Positions 19,439 to 29,068 of a stretch of 64,000 bases of DNA are shown here, piece after piece. Source of the stretch: Anaerolineae bacterium (GTDB lineage Bacteria > Chloroflexota > Anaerolineae > B4-G1 > SLSP01); assembly GCA_049975525.1 (NCBI GenBank), contig JBNGCW010000001.1, forward strand, positions 12,472 to 76,471, read 5' to 3'. Below the pieces are notes generated by a model. That model saw only the letters and a list, made by a program, of their open reading frames with translations, was not told where the DNA came from and ran no database searches. Position numbers and translations under genes: made by a program. How positions within the stretch are numbered: position 1 is the stretch's first letter; the number at the start of each line of letters is the position of its first letter.

Positions 19439-20389
19439 TTATTTCTCGTGTAAAATCTGTTGTGCTGTCCAGGCGTCGGTGATCAGGACGTTAAAGAGCC
19501 GTCCTCGTAAGGCGGCGAGCAGCACCGGAACCTTTTCGGGGCCGCCGGCCATCACCAGGCTGAGCGGAATGCGGGCGATATCTTCCAGGCTCAGCCCGAT
19601 GATGCGCTCGCTGATAGGGTTGAGGACCGGCTTTCCTTGGGCGTCGAAGTAGTGGCCCAGCATGTCGCCCACAGCCCCGCGCTCCTGCAGGAAGCGGAGA
19701 TCCTCGTCGCTCAGGTGACCGTGGAGGTAGAGGAGTGCCGTTTCGTCCACCGGCCCGACGCTTTGAATGAGGATGTCGCTGTGACGGGCGCGCTCCAGGG
19801 CCTGGGCCACCGCCGGTTCCTGAACGATGGAATCGTGACTGGCCGGGTTGGAAGCAAGCATCGGGGCGTAGATGTACTCGGCGCGGCCGCCGGCCAGCTC
19901 GGCCATCTTCGAGGTCACGTTGTACGCCATCATCTCCCCGGAATGCGCGGCAGCTCCGCCGACCACCTCGGCGAAGGCGCAGTCGATGGGGGTGGGGGGC
20001 GCGAAGTAGTCTGGCAGGCGGGAGATCGTGCGTCCTGTCCCCAGCCCTACGCGCATGCCTTCCTTGAGGTGCGCCGTCAACCAGTCGGCCGTGGTGCGGG
20101 CCAGCGCGGCGTAACGCGCCTCCGTGGCCTCGGGTTCCACCGCCAGGGTAACCAGGGCGTCGTGCAGTTCGAAGCGTTGACGCAGCGCGCTCTCCAGCTC
20201 CAGGTTTTCCACCCCGGAGGTGTCGATGTGAAATTGGACGACGCCGCGCTTTCGCGCCCGCTGGAGCAAACGGTTGATGGTCACTCGAGAGAGGTTCAGC
20301 CGATCACCGATCTCCTGCTGTGTCAAGCCTTCCTTGTAGTACATCCAGGCCGCCCGGGCCATGACCTGTTGTTCATCACTGTAATTCAT
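19439..20389 (-). CDS. SorC-family sugar-binding transcriptional regulator
   Basis: N-terminal HTH (LTQQEIGDRLNLSRVTINRLLQRARKRGVV) and C-terminal sugar-phosphate-binding domain. Start chosen at ATG 20389 (MNYSDEQ...) with GGGAAG RBS; the ORF track extends to 20428. Confidence 0.75.
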   Translation of the reverse strand: MNYSDEQQVMARAAWMYYKEGLTQQEIGDRLNLSRVTINRLLQRARKRGVVQFHIDTSGVENLELESALRQRFELHDALVTLAVEPEATEARYAALARTTADWLTAHLKEGMRVGLGTGRTISRLPDYFAPPTPIDCAFAEVVGGAAAHSGEMMAYNVTSKMAELAGGRAEYIYAPMLASNPASHDSIVQEPAVAQALERARHSDILIQSVGPVDETALLYLHGHLSDEDLRFLQERGAVGDMLGHYFDAQGKPVLNPISERIIGLSLEDIARIPLSLVMAGGPEKVPVLLAALRGRLFNVLITDAWTAQQILHEK

Positions 20390-20409
20390 GGACTTCCCGT
20401 TGGGAGATG

Positions 20410-20421
20410 TTACATATGTAA
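20410..20421. promoter_or_regulatory. perfect 12-nt palindrome TTACATATGTAA upstream of the SorC gene
   Basis: Lies 21-32 nt upstream of the preferred SorC start codon; candidate autoregulatory operator. Confidence 0.35.
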
Positions 20422-20683
20422 TGCACATTTAACTAATGTTCATTATGCGGACAAAAGCCGACGGAGGATAATGTCAAACCTCACCTGTATCCTATGACGT
20501 TTGACGTATTATACTGAAGTGACGGCATCAGGGTTCAGGCAGGTGTACTACATCTTCGGATACCTTGAAAATAGCCCGTCTGCACACTCTCGGATGCAAT
20601 CCGGCATAACAGATAAGCGCAGGTGCGTCGCCCCTTATTCCGTAACTTTAGCGGAAGCCGCGTCCGAGAAGCATGCCGGAGAG

Positions 20684-22465
20684 CTAGCGGCCGACTGGAG
20701 CGTTCTTGTTGAAGGTGACCTCTTCTGCTGCGGGCAGGGAAAACCAGAAGCAGCTGCCCTTTCTCTCTTCGCTCTCGACGCCCACCTGTCCTCCCAACTT
20801 TTCCATGATCCGCTGGACAATGGAAAGTCCCAGACCGTGGCCCTCGGCTCGTGTCTGGTTTAGTCGCTCGAACTGGGTGAAAAGTTTCTCCCGCTCTTCG
20901 GGTGTGAGTCCTTCCCCGTTATCTCGAACCCAAAAGTGGACCCATTTTTGGCCCTCGCGGGTGAGGGGTGTAACTCCGACCTCTATCTGCGGGGGGGTTC
21001 CACCGTATTTGATGGCGTTGCTGAGGTAATTGACCCACACTTCTTCTATCCAGGGGCCGTAACCGATGCAGAGAGGCCACTGCTTCTGAACGCTGATGTG
21101 CGCGTGGTGATCGTGGATCATATCTTCCAGGCGGCGAAGAGCGTTGTCGACGACCGGTCCCATCTTCAGCGTGCGGGTCTTCACGTCGTCGACCTTGCGC
21201 ACGCTGGCAAGCAACAAAAGCTCCTCGATGATGTTGGCCATCTTGCGGGCGTTGCGCCCGATGATCTGCAGGTTGCTGACCAGCGTCTCCTCGGGCAGCT
21301 TAGCGTGCCGGCTTTCCAGCAGTTGGGCGTAACCCACCAGCGCCGACAAAGGGTTCTTGAGGTCGTGGGCGACGGTGTGAGCAAAGGCGTCCAATTCCGC
21401 GTTGCTTACCTCCAACTCGGTGGCGTAGCGCTGCAGGGCAGCTTCGGCGATGATACGCTGGGTGATGTCGTGGAGGATCAGCAGTCGGGCGTTGACCTGT
21501 CCCAGGTGGTTCTTCAGGGTGGAGATTTGCAGGTCGTAATAGCGTTCTTCCTCGGGCAGTTGGATCCGCAGTTCCGTCTTTTGATCCCCGGTCGCTTCTA
21601 TCTGGTGCAACAGCTGCGGTTGGTCCTGGATCAATTTGTCCACGGGTTGACCGAGGGCCTTGTGTGGGGGGAGACCTAAAATTTTCTGCATGGTAGGATT
21701 GAAGTCCAGGATGCGTCCTTGCGCGTCCAGGAGGAGCATCCCGTCATCCATGTTGTCGATGATCTTCTCCCGCGCGACGGGTACCAGGTCCAGCAGCTGG
21801 TAGCGGAAAAGCGCCCAGCCGTAGATGAGGCCGGTGATGGTGAAGCCCACGTGGGTGAGGGGCATCTCCACCCACTGGAAGGTGACCAGGATGTTGGGGA
21901 TCAGGGGGGCGATGGAGCCGACGAGGAGCGCCAGTGCCTGCAGGCGGTAGATTTGAAAAGTGCGTATCGCCTGGCGCAGGAGCAGATACATGCCCACCAC
22001 GATGAGTACGTAGTTGTAGAAAGCGTGGATGTAGAACCAAGGACCGTTGATCCGGTGGGGGATCAGCAGTACCCCTTCTCGCCGGAACGTCAGGGACTTG
22101 AAAAAAAGGTGATGGAAGGGATTGGTCCAGTTGAGGGCCAGGCTGACGGACGGCACCAACAGCAGAAGCAGGAGCGTCCGGCGGGAGATCCAGGCGCGGT
22201 TATCTGTGTAGGAGCAGGCGAAGACGAACCACGCGATAGGCAGGAGGATGATGGCGCTGAAGTAGACTTTGTCGATGAACTGTGCGATGTTCAAGTTGGG
22301 GCTGACGACCTGAAGGGCGTAGCCTCCGGACCAGAGCGTAGCAAAGGTCATCAGCCAGGCGAAGCTTGCGGCGCTGTGCGTCCTCCGATGTCGCCAGGCG
22401 TAGAGCGCAGCAACGGCGGTGATCAAGGTGGAAAGCAGAGGACTGACGAAGTACAAAAAGTACAT
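20684..22465 (-). CDS. membrane sensor histidine kinase (7TM N-terminal domain, PAS, HisKA, HATPase)
   Basis: Seven N-terminal TM helices, PAS segment, H-box HDLKNPLSAL, N/G boxes NAIKYG, DNGEGL, GHGLGLSIV. No cognate response regulator adjacent. Confidence 0.8.
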   Translation of the reverse strand: MYFLYFVSPLLSTLITAVAALYAWRHRRTHSAASFAWLMTFATLWSGGYALQVVSPNLNIAQFIDKVYFSAIILLPIAWFVFACSYTDNRAWISRRTLLLLLLVPSVSLALNWTNPFHHLFFKSLTFRREGVLLIPHRINGPWFYIHAFYNYVLIVVGMYLLLRQAIRTFQIYRLQALALLVGSIAPLIPNILVTFQWVEMPLTHVGFTITGLIYGWALFRYQLLDLVPVAREKIIDNMDDGMLLLDAQGRILDFNPTMQKILGLPPHKALGQPVDKLIQDQPQLLHQIEATGDQKTELRIQLPEEERYYDLQISTLKNHLGQVNARLLILHDITQRIIAEAALQRYATELEVSNAELDAFAHTVAHDLKNPLSALVGYAQLLESRHAKLPEETLVSNLQIIGRNARKMANIIEELLLLASVRKVDDVKTRTLKMGPVVDNALRRLEDMIHDHHAHISVQKQWPLCIGYGPWIEEVWVNYLSNAIKYGGTPPQIEVGVTPLTREGQKWVHFWVRDNGEGLTPEEREKLFTQFERLNQTRAEGHGLGLSIVQRIMEKLGGQVGVESEERKGSCFWFSLPAAEEVTFNKNAPVGR

Positions 22466-22789
22466 ATGTGACCTTTCTTCGGGCCCGGAGCCCCATAAAA
22501 GCTCAAGCGCTCCTTACTTCGGCGAGCTGTTATGCTACGCGCCTGACTTTTCTTTATTTTAACGCAGATTCGGGGATATGCCAGTAGTCTCTGGTCTTCT
22601 GCTTCCAGAGGGAAAACTGCGTCGGCCTGGAGCTCAGTTGAAGGAGCGTGGAGATGGGCGGCGAGCACGTCCATGGGTGCCTTCGCACAGTCGAAAGCGG
22701 CGATGATCACCTGCGCCCGGGGGTGGATGCTGCAGATGCGGCAACGCCACCTGGGCAATCTCTCGGGGGGATGTGGCGTCCAGGATGGC

Positions 22790-23124
22790 GCGATCCAGCT
22801 GGAGGTATCCGTTCACGTCTCTGTGGAGTGAGCGCTCCTCGCGTTGAAGAGGTCGCCGAGTCCCTCAGGGTGTCTCAAATTGACGAGCCCTGCTCGGCGC
22901 TGGATCCTATCGACACGCTGCGCATTGAGGATCTGATGCGCGAGTTGCGCGAGACCTATGCGTTGGTTATTGTCGTCCACAACATGCAACAGGCGGCCCG
23001 CGTCTCCGACAGCACTGCTTTCTTCTGGCTCGGTGAGATGGTCGAGTATGGGAGGACCGGCGAAATCTTCATCCGACCACGCGAGCAGAAGACTGAGGAT
23101 TACATCAGCGGGCGCATGGGGTGA
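22790..23124 (+). pseudogene. pstB: 3' remnant of phosphate ABC transporter ATPase pstB
   Basis: Frame of ORF 22648-23124 ends ...[80 protein letters not shown], matching the PstB D-loop / H-loop / C-terminus. Walker A and the signature motif are absent; upstream sequence is degenerate. Confidence 0.6.
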
Positions 23125-23145
23125 TCGAGGTGTTCGCGGCGGGCG

Positions 23146-24561
23146 TCAAAGGTCTCGTTCCCAATCTGTGTGAAACGTCCCTGGCTTATCCACGCGTTGA
23201 TAGGTGTGCGCGCCGAAGTAGTCGCGCTGTGCCTGGATGAGGTTGGCGGGCAGGCGCGCGGTCCGGTAGCCGTCGAAGTAGGCCAAGGCCGAGCCGAGCG
23301 CGGGCGCCGGCACACCGTGCTCCACCGCAAGCTGCACCACAGAGCGCAGGGAGCGCTGTCGGGCTGCCACGCGCTGACCGATCTCCGCGTCCACCAGTAG
23401 ATTGGGAATCTCGGGATCGCGGGCGAAGGCAGCACGGATCAGCTCCAGCGCCGCCGCCCGGATGATGCAGCCGCCGCGCCAGATTTTGGCGATGTCCCCG
23501 TAATTGAGGTGGTAGCCGTATTCGGCGCTGGCGACGCACAGCAGGGCGAAGCCCTGGGCATAGGCGCAGAGGGTAGCGGCGTAGAGGGCGTCACGCGCGG
23601 CTTCGCAGATGACCTCACGGTCGCCGGTGAATGGGGCATCGGGCCCGCGCAACACCTTCGAGGCTGCCTGGCGCTGCTCTTTGTAGGACGAAAGCACACG
23701 TGCTTCCACCGCTGCGCTGATGGTGGGGACCGGGGTGCCCACGTCCATGGCGCTCTGCGAGGTCCATTTGCCCGTGCCCTTTTGCTTGGCGGCGTCGAGG
23801 ATCATGTCCAGCAGCGGCTTGCCTGTCTCCTCGTCGATCCGGTTGAAGATATCCGCCGTAATCTCCACCAGGTACGAGGCCAACTCGCTTTCGTTCCACG
23901 CGGCGAAGCGTTCGTGAAGTTCGCTCCTCGTCAGCCCCACGACACGGTGCAAAAGGTCGTAGGTCTCGGCGATGAGCTGCATCACGGCGTACTCGATGCC
24001 GTTGTGTACCATTTTGACGTAGTGCCCTGCGCCTCCTGGCCCGATATAGGTCACGCAGGGCTCGCCGTCCACCCGGGCGGCGATGGCTTCCAACAGCGAC
24101 TGCATCAACGTCCAACCCTCACGCGGCCCCCCGGGCATCAACGAAGGTCCCCAGAGCGCGCCCTGCTCGCCGCCGCTGACGCCCATGCCCAGGTAAAGGA
24201 TGCCCCGCGTTTCCAGCGCCCTGGCGCGTCGTTCCGTCTCTTTGAAAAAGGAGTTCCCGCCGTCGATGAGCAGATCCCCCGCCTCCAGCTGCACTTTGAA
24301 AGCCTCGATGACGGCGTCCACAGGACGGCCTGAGGGGACCATCATCAGGATCCGCCGAGGACGCGCCAGCGCTTCCAGGAACGCTTCCGACGTCCTGCAG
24401 CCGATGAGGCGTCCGTGTGGGCGTTGCGCTTCAAAAGCCGCGATTTTCTCTGCGTCGAGGTCGTAACCGGCGACCGTGTAGTCGTTGCGCTCCATGTTCA
24501 GCGCCAGCATCCGGCCCATGATGCCCAATCCGACAATGCCGATGTCCGCTTGCTTGGTCAT
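23146..24561 (-). CDS. gnd: 6-phosphogluconate dehydrogenase, decarboxylating (NADP-dependent)
   Basis: N-terminal Rossmann motif IGIVGLGIMG and full-length 471-aa Gnd architecture. Confidence 0.9.
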   Translation of the reverse strand: MTKQADIGIVGLGIMGRMLALNMERNDYTVAGYDLDAEKIAAFEAQRPHGRLIGCRTSEAFLEALARPRRILMMVPSGRPVDAVIEAFKVQLEAGDLLIDGGNSFFKETERRARALETRGILYLGMGVSGGEQGALWGPSLMPGGPREGWTLMQSLLEAIAARVDGEPCVTYIGPGGAGHYVKMVHNGIEYAVMQLIAETYDLLHRVVGLTRSELHERFAAWNESELASYLVEITADIFNRIDEETGKPLLDMILDAAKQKGTGKWTSQSAMDVGTPVPTISAAVEARVLSSYKEQRQAASKVLRGPDAPFTGDREVICEAARDALYAATLCAYAQGFALLCVASAEYGYHLNYGDIAKIWRGGCIIRAAALELIRAAFARDPEIPNLLVDAEIGQRVAARQRSLRSVVQLAVEHGVPAPALGSALAYFDGYRTARLPANLIQAQRDYFGAHTYQRVDKPGTFHTDWERDL

Positions 24562-24783
24562 AAGGCTCCCTTTTTGTCTAAACTACTCGCTGGGTTACAA
24601 ATCAAGTATATGTCGCCTTGGCCATTTGTCTATGCATCCGATCTCGCGCCTCGAGGAGCCGTGCCAAGTCAAATGATAAGGTTGCCGAAGCAGTTGCGGT
24701 TCTATCAGTGGAGGTTGGACTTCCGACCCGCCTTGCTGTATACTGGCGGGGTCAGTTGTTTGTTATTGAACACCGGAAAGAAG

Positions 24784-26013
24784 ATGAGCGCCCTGATCAA
24801 ATTACTGTTGGTCTTCGTCGGTATAGTGATGCTGTTGAGCCGCCACTGGAACTTGGCGGTGGTGTTGGTGATTGCTTCGGCGGCCATCGGGCTGCTCTTT
24901 GGATATCCTCTGTCCGAGGTGGCACGAGACGCGCTCCGGGCTTCCATCGACGTGTTGACGCTGCGCCTGACGATGATTGTCGTGCTCATCATGGTGCTCA
25001 GCGAGTTGTTGCGTCGGACGGGGGGGCTGCAGGGGATGGTGGAGGCGCTTCAGGCGTTGATCCCCGGTCCCGTCGCCATCGCCGCGCTGCCCGCCTTAGT
25101 AGGGTTGCTACCCATGGTCGGCGGGGCTATGTTCTCGGCGCCCATGGTCGAGGAGATAGGGGCGCGACTGGATGCCGATGCGGAGCGCAAGACCTTCATC
25201 AACTACTGGTTCCGCCACGTCTGGGAGTACGTCTTCCCGCTCTATCCCTCCATGATGTTGGCGGCGGCGCTGCTGGAGATGACCACGTTGCAGCTGGCCT
25301 ACGCCACCTGGCCCCTGGCGATAACGGCTGTTGTCGGCGGCGCGGTGTTTGGCCTCTGGGGGATAGGATCAGACGCCGGAGAGAAAATAGAGGGACCGAC
25401 GGTGCAACATCCGGTCCGTAGCTTGGTGGACAGCATCTGGCCCATCGTTCTGGTCCTCGGTCTTTCTCTGGTGTTGCCCCTGGACGAGCGCTTGCGTCTT
25501 ATCGTCAGTTTGTTGGTGACCATCGCGTTGCTCATGGTGGTGAAGCGGGTGCCCGCCTCTGAACTGGGGACGATTTTGCGGGAACGGATTCCCTGGAAGA
25601 CCGTCGCCGTTATCTTCGGCGCGCTGATCTTCCGCCGCGTCCTCGACGAGAGCAGCGCCGTCGTCGCCGTCTCCCGCGATTTGACCGCGCTGAAGGTCCC
25701 GCCGGCGCTGATCGCCTTCAGCGTGCCGTTCATTGCCGGGTTGTTGACAGGCCTGGCCTCCGCGGCTTTCAGCATCGGCTTTCCCGTGGTCGCGCCGCTG
25801 CTGATCGACGGAGCCGGTAGCATGACGTCTGCCTGGGCAGCATGGCTGATGGCAGGCGGGTTTCTGGGCGTGATGCTCTCTCCGCTTCATCTCTGCCTGT
25901 CCCTCACGCGCGTCTATTTTCGTGCCGAGTGGGGGCCTATCTACCGCCGCATGGCGCCCGCTGTCTTGAGTGTTGCCCTTGTGGCCGGGTTACTTTTGTT
26001 GGTCCGGGTGTAG
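24784..26013 (+). CDS. polytopic membrane protein of unknown function (DUF401-like putative permease)
   Basis: About 410 aa with 10-12 TM helices. Start ATG 24784 (MSALIKLLL...); a candidate promoter TTGGAC-18-TATACT lies ~70 nt upstream. Confidence 0.45.
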   Translation: MSALIKLLLVFVGIVMLLSRHWNLAVVLVIASAAIGLLFGYPLSEVARDALRASIDVLTLRLTMIVVLIMVLSELLRRTGGLQGMVEALQALIPGPVAIAALPALVGLLPMVGGAMFSAPMVEEIGARLDADAERKTFINYWFRHVWEYVFPLYPSMMLAAALLEMTTLQLAYATWPLAITAVVGGAVFGLWGIGSDAGEKIEGPTVQHPVRSLVDSIWPIVLVLGLSLVLPLDERLRLIVSLLVTIALLMVVKRVPASELGTILRERIPWKTVAVIFGALIFRRVLDESSAVVAVSRDLTALKVPPALIAFSVPFIAGLLTGLASAAFSIGFPVVAPLLIDGAGSMTSAWAAWLMAGGFLGVMLSPLHLCLSLTRVYFRAEWGPIYRRMAPAVLSVALVAGLLLLVRV

Positions 26014-26056
26014 CCGAACCTGCGAGGACTCTTTTTTGAGGAAAAGGGGGTGGATC

Positions 26057-28150
26057 ATGAGATGCCGGATGTTGGGCTCCGCCTTGCTGAGTGTGTTGCT
26101 GTTGGTCCCGGCGCCGACGCGCTGCGAGTTGGATGTGTTTTACCAGGACGCGCTCCCCCCGGAGACCGCGCCCTGGTCCCCGGACTTTCCTCGCCTGGGG
26201 ATGTGGTGGCCGGATCCCTGGGAGCAGTCACTCTCCAAGATCGCCCGCTACGATTGGGTCATCCTGGGGCCCTGGGCGGTGGAGTTCATCCCCAATCTAC
26301 GGACCCTCAACCCCGATATCCTGCTCCTCACCTCGACCAACGCCTGCGAGTTGAGTTACAACGCCGCACCCGACGCCGAGCCGTGGGAGAACGAGGCCGT
26401 GTTGAAGATTCCCCCGGAGTGGTTCCTCACCCAGGTCGGCTCTACGCTGACCGAGCCGGTGGATGCCACGACGACCATGTTTCACGTTGCTGCCGTCACC
26501 GCGACCGACGGTGTGGAGGTCTACGAGCTCTTCGTGCCCGGCGATACCGCGCTCATCGCGGGTGAGAGTGTGCTGATTGAGGCCGTGGACGCCGATGCCC
26601 GGACGCTGACGGTGCGGCGCGGGTATGTACGACCGGCGGCGTCTCATGCGGCGGGCGAGCGCATCGCGGCTCACGTCACCTTCTGGCCTAACTCCTGGAT
26701 GCTCAACGTCAGCACACTCTGTCCCACAGCGACGGTCAGCACAACGGTGGGCGCGGAGATCTGGGCCGATTACAATGCCCGCGTCGCCGCCGATTTGGTG
26801 CAGGCCGCGGACTGGGATGGCATCCTGCTGGATCGCAGCGACGCCGACGAGAGCTGGATTATCGGCAACTCCACCGCCCGCACGCTCGATCCCGATCAGT
26901 CCAACACGCTGCTGACAGACTACGCAGCATTTGACGCCGCTTGGAACGCCGGGATCCGCCGTTACGAGCAGGCGCTGCGCGAGGCCGTCGACCCGGAGAC
27001 GATTATCTTTGTCAACTGGGGCATGGCCAACTACGATCTGCTCAACGGCAATAACTTCGAGGCCTTTCCGCTGGATGATGGACGCTCCTATGGAGCCTCG
27101 TGGCTGCAGACCGTCTTCGGTCCCGCGCCGCAGGGCAGCTATATGGAGTGGTTGGCCCAGGCGCGGGACCCCAACCTGACCATGATCGAGACCTACGAGG
27201 ACGATGGCAGTCCCGATCCCGACGATGACGGCGAGTACGACAACCCCGTCGACGATCCCGACTTCGTGCCGAACTATCGAAAGATGCGTTTTGGTCTGAC
27301 CACGGCGCTCTTGGGCGATGGTTTTTTCAGCTACGAGATCAACACCAACGGGCATGGCTCTCTGGGCCTGCTCTGGTTCGACGAGTACGACAACGCCGGG
27401 GTAGGACGCGGTTATCTGCGTCGGCCACGCGGCGACGCTTACCGCCTGCTGCCTACGTTGACGACGCCGAATCTGCTCGGGGACGGGACCTTTGAGGAAG
27501 GAGTGGAGGGGTGGGATCTCTGGGCCGACGACGGCTACGCGGCCACGGCAGCGCAAGACACGACCACGGCGGCGGAAGGCAACGCTTCGGCCCGCGTGGA
27601 GGTGACGAAGAGCCAGGGCGTCGACTGGCGGGTGGAGTTCTCGAAAGCGCCGGTCGAGATCCTCTCCGGCACCGAATACACGCTCTCCTTTTGGGCCAGG
27701 GCCGACGCGCCGCGCACCATCGGTGCCTGGGTCCAGAAAACGTCGGAGCCGTGGACCGGTTATCTTGAGCTGGAGGAGATCGAGCTGACCCCGAGGTGGA
27801 CTGAATACCACGTGAGCGACGTGGCCTTGGGGGGTGACGTTGAGGCCGGCCTGTATTTGGGGCTAGGTGCGACGACCGGGACCGTCTGGCTCGATGATGT
27901 GCGGTTGCAGGAAGGCTCCCGTGAGGTCTGGCGGCGCGACTACGACGGCGGCGTGGTGCTGGTCAACGCGACCTCGACGACGCAAACCCTTGAGCTGGGG
28001 GGACGTTACCGCAAAATCCAGGGCACACAGGTGTCGGAGATCAACGATGGCAGCGTCGTCACCCAGATCACCCTGCCGCCATTGGATGGCCTCATCGTCC
28101 TGCGAATCTGGGAATCCCTATATCTCCCGATCGTGTTGCGAAAGGGCTGA
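26057..28150 (+). CDS. secreted glycoside-hydrolase-like TIM-barrel protein with C-terminal CBM4/9-like beta-sandwich
   Basis: Signal peptide MRCRMLGSALLSVLLLVPAP. Central region resembles putative GHL families; Asp-rich linker; C-terminal CBM_4_9-like segment (LLGDGTFEEGVEGW...). Start ATG 26057 with AAAAGGGGG RBS. Confidence 0.4.
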   Translation: MRCRMLGSALLSVLLLVPAPTRCELDVFYQDALPPETAPWSPDFPRLGMWWPDPWEQSLSKIARYDWVILGPWAVEFIPNLRTLNPDILLLTSTNACELSYNAAPDAEPWENEAVLKIPPEWFLTQVGSTLTEPVDATTTMFHVAAVTATDGVEVYELFVPGDTALIAGESVLIEAVDADARTLTVRRGYVRPAASHAAGERIAAHVTFWPNSWMLNVSTLCPTATVSTTVGAEIWADYNARVAADLVQAADWDGILLDRSDADESWIIGNSTARTLDPDQSNTLLTDYAAFDAAWNAGIRRYEQALREAVDPETIIFVNWGMANYDLLNGNNFEAFPLDDGRSYGASWLQTVFGPAPQGSYMEWLAQARDPNLTMIETYEDDGSPDPDDDGEYDNPVDDPDFVPNYRKMRFGLTTALLGDGFFSYEINTNGHGSLGLLWFDEYDNAGVGRGYLRRPRGDAYRLLPTLTTPNLLGDGTFEEGVEGWDLWADDGYAATAAQDTTTAAEGNASARVEVTKSQGVDWRVEFSKAPVEILSGTEYTLSFWARADAPRTIGAWVQKTSEPWTGYLELEEIELTPRWTEYHVSDVALGGDVEAGLYLGLGATTGTVWLDDVRLQEGSREVWRRDYDGGVVLVNATSTTQTLELGGRYRKIQGTQVSEINDGSVVTQITLPPLDGLIVLRIWESLYLPIVLRKG

Positions 28151-28168
28151 GCGATAATCTCAAAGGCC

Positions 28169-28993
28169 ATGAGCTTTTCACAGAAGGGCAATGAGCTCCC
28201 TCAGTTTGTCGTCTGCCCGCCCGGCGATGCGTATGTCGGCGCGCACGACCTGGCGGCGCACAACCTCACGGCGTCGGCGGATCTGAAGCGGGCGCGGGCG
28301 CAGCACACGGCCCTCCGTCAGACCCTGGCAGCTTGCGGGGTGGAGGTGCTGCGGATCCAGGAGCTGGTCGGTCATCCCAACAGCGTCTTTGTCCAGGACG
28401 TGGCGCTGGCGACGCCTAGGGGCTTTATCCGCCTGCGCATGGGCTTGCCGAGTCGCCGGGGGGAGCCGGCCTGGATGGCGCAGTATCTGGCGGCGCGGGG
28501 TGTGCCGGAGGTGGGGCGTATCGTCGCGCCGGGCACCGTCGAGGGCGGCGACGTGATTCTGGCGGACGACGTTGCCTTTGTGGGGCGCTCGTCGCGCACC
28601 AACGACGCGGGCATTGCCCAGCTCGCCGCGCTGTTGGAGCCCCAGGGCTTCACGCTCCGCGTGGCAGACGTGCCGCCGCCGTCGTTGCACATCGGCGGCA
28701 TGCTGAGCCTCGTCGGCCCGCGACAGGTGCTGGCCTGCGCCGAGGTCTTCCCGATGGGCTACTTCGAGGGCTTCGAGATCATCCGAGTGTCCAGGACCGA
28801 TTTCATCAGCGGCAACGTCATCGGCTTGGGCGCGGGCCAGATCATCGCCGAGGCAGGGAACGTGGGCGCCATGGCGGCGTTGGAGCAAGTGGGGTTTACC
28901 GTGCATTCCCTGGACCTCTCGGAGTTCGTGAAGGGAACCGGTGGTCCAAGTTGTCTGATCCTTCCGTTGAGGTGGGGGAAAAGGCTCAGGTAA
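28169..28993 (+). CDS. amidinotransferase-superfamily hydrolase (dimethylarginine dimethylaminohydrolase-like)
   Basis: 274 aa with C-terminal catalytic Cys motif GTGGPSCLILPL, characteristic of the DDAH / arginine deiminase fold. Confidence 0.65.
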   Translation: MSFSQKGNELPQFVVCPPGDAYVGAHDLAAHNLTASADLKRARAQHTALRQTLAACGVEVLRIQELVGHPNSVFVQDVALATPRGFIRLRMGLPSRRGEPAWMAQYLAARGVPEVGRIVAPGTVEGGDVILADDVAFVGRSSRTNDAGIAQLAALLEPQGFTLRVADVPPPSLHIGGMLSLVGPRQVLACAEVFPMGYFEGFEIIRVSRTDFISGNVIGLGAGQIIAEAGNVGAMAALEQVGFTVHSLDLSEFVKGTGGPSCLILPLRWGKRLR

Positions 28994-29068
28994 ACTCTTG
29001 CCCGGACGGTGGATTTCCACTATAATGATAGATGGAGATCATTCCCGTATCACGAGAAACGAAAGGCT

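Noticed and set aside
15115-20428. Interpreting the PTS genes as a canonical L-ascorbate (ula/sga) operon
   Set aside because: UlaD/SgaH decarboxylase, UlaG lactonase and UlaF/AraD aldolase-type epimerase homologs are absent. GH42 and Dak-family genes are present instead.
22648-23124. 158-codon ORF as an intact small ATPase gene
   Set aside because: Only the C-terminal third matches PstB. The N-terminal part has no Walker A or signature motif and no RBS, so it is best explained as a gene remnant.
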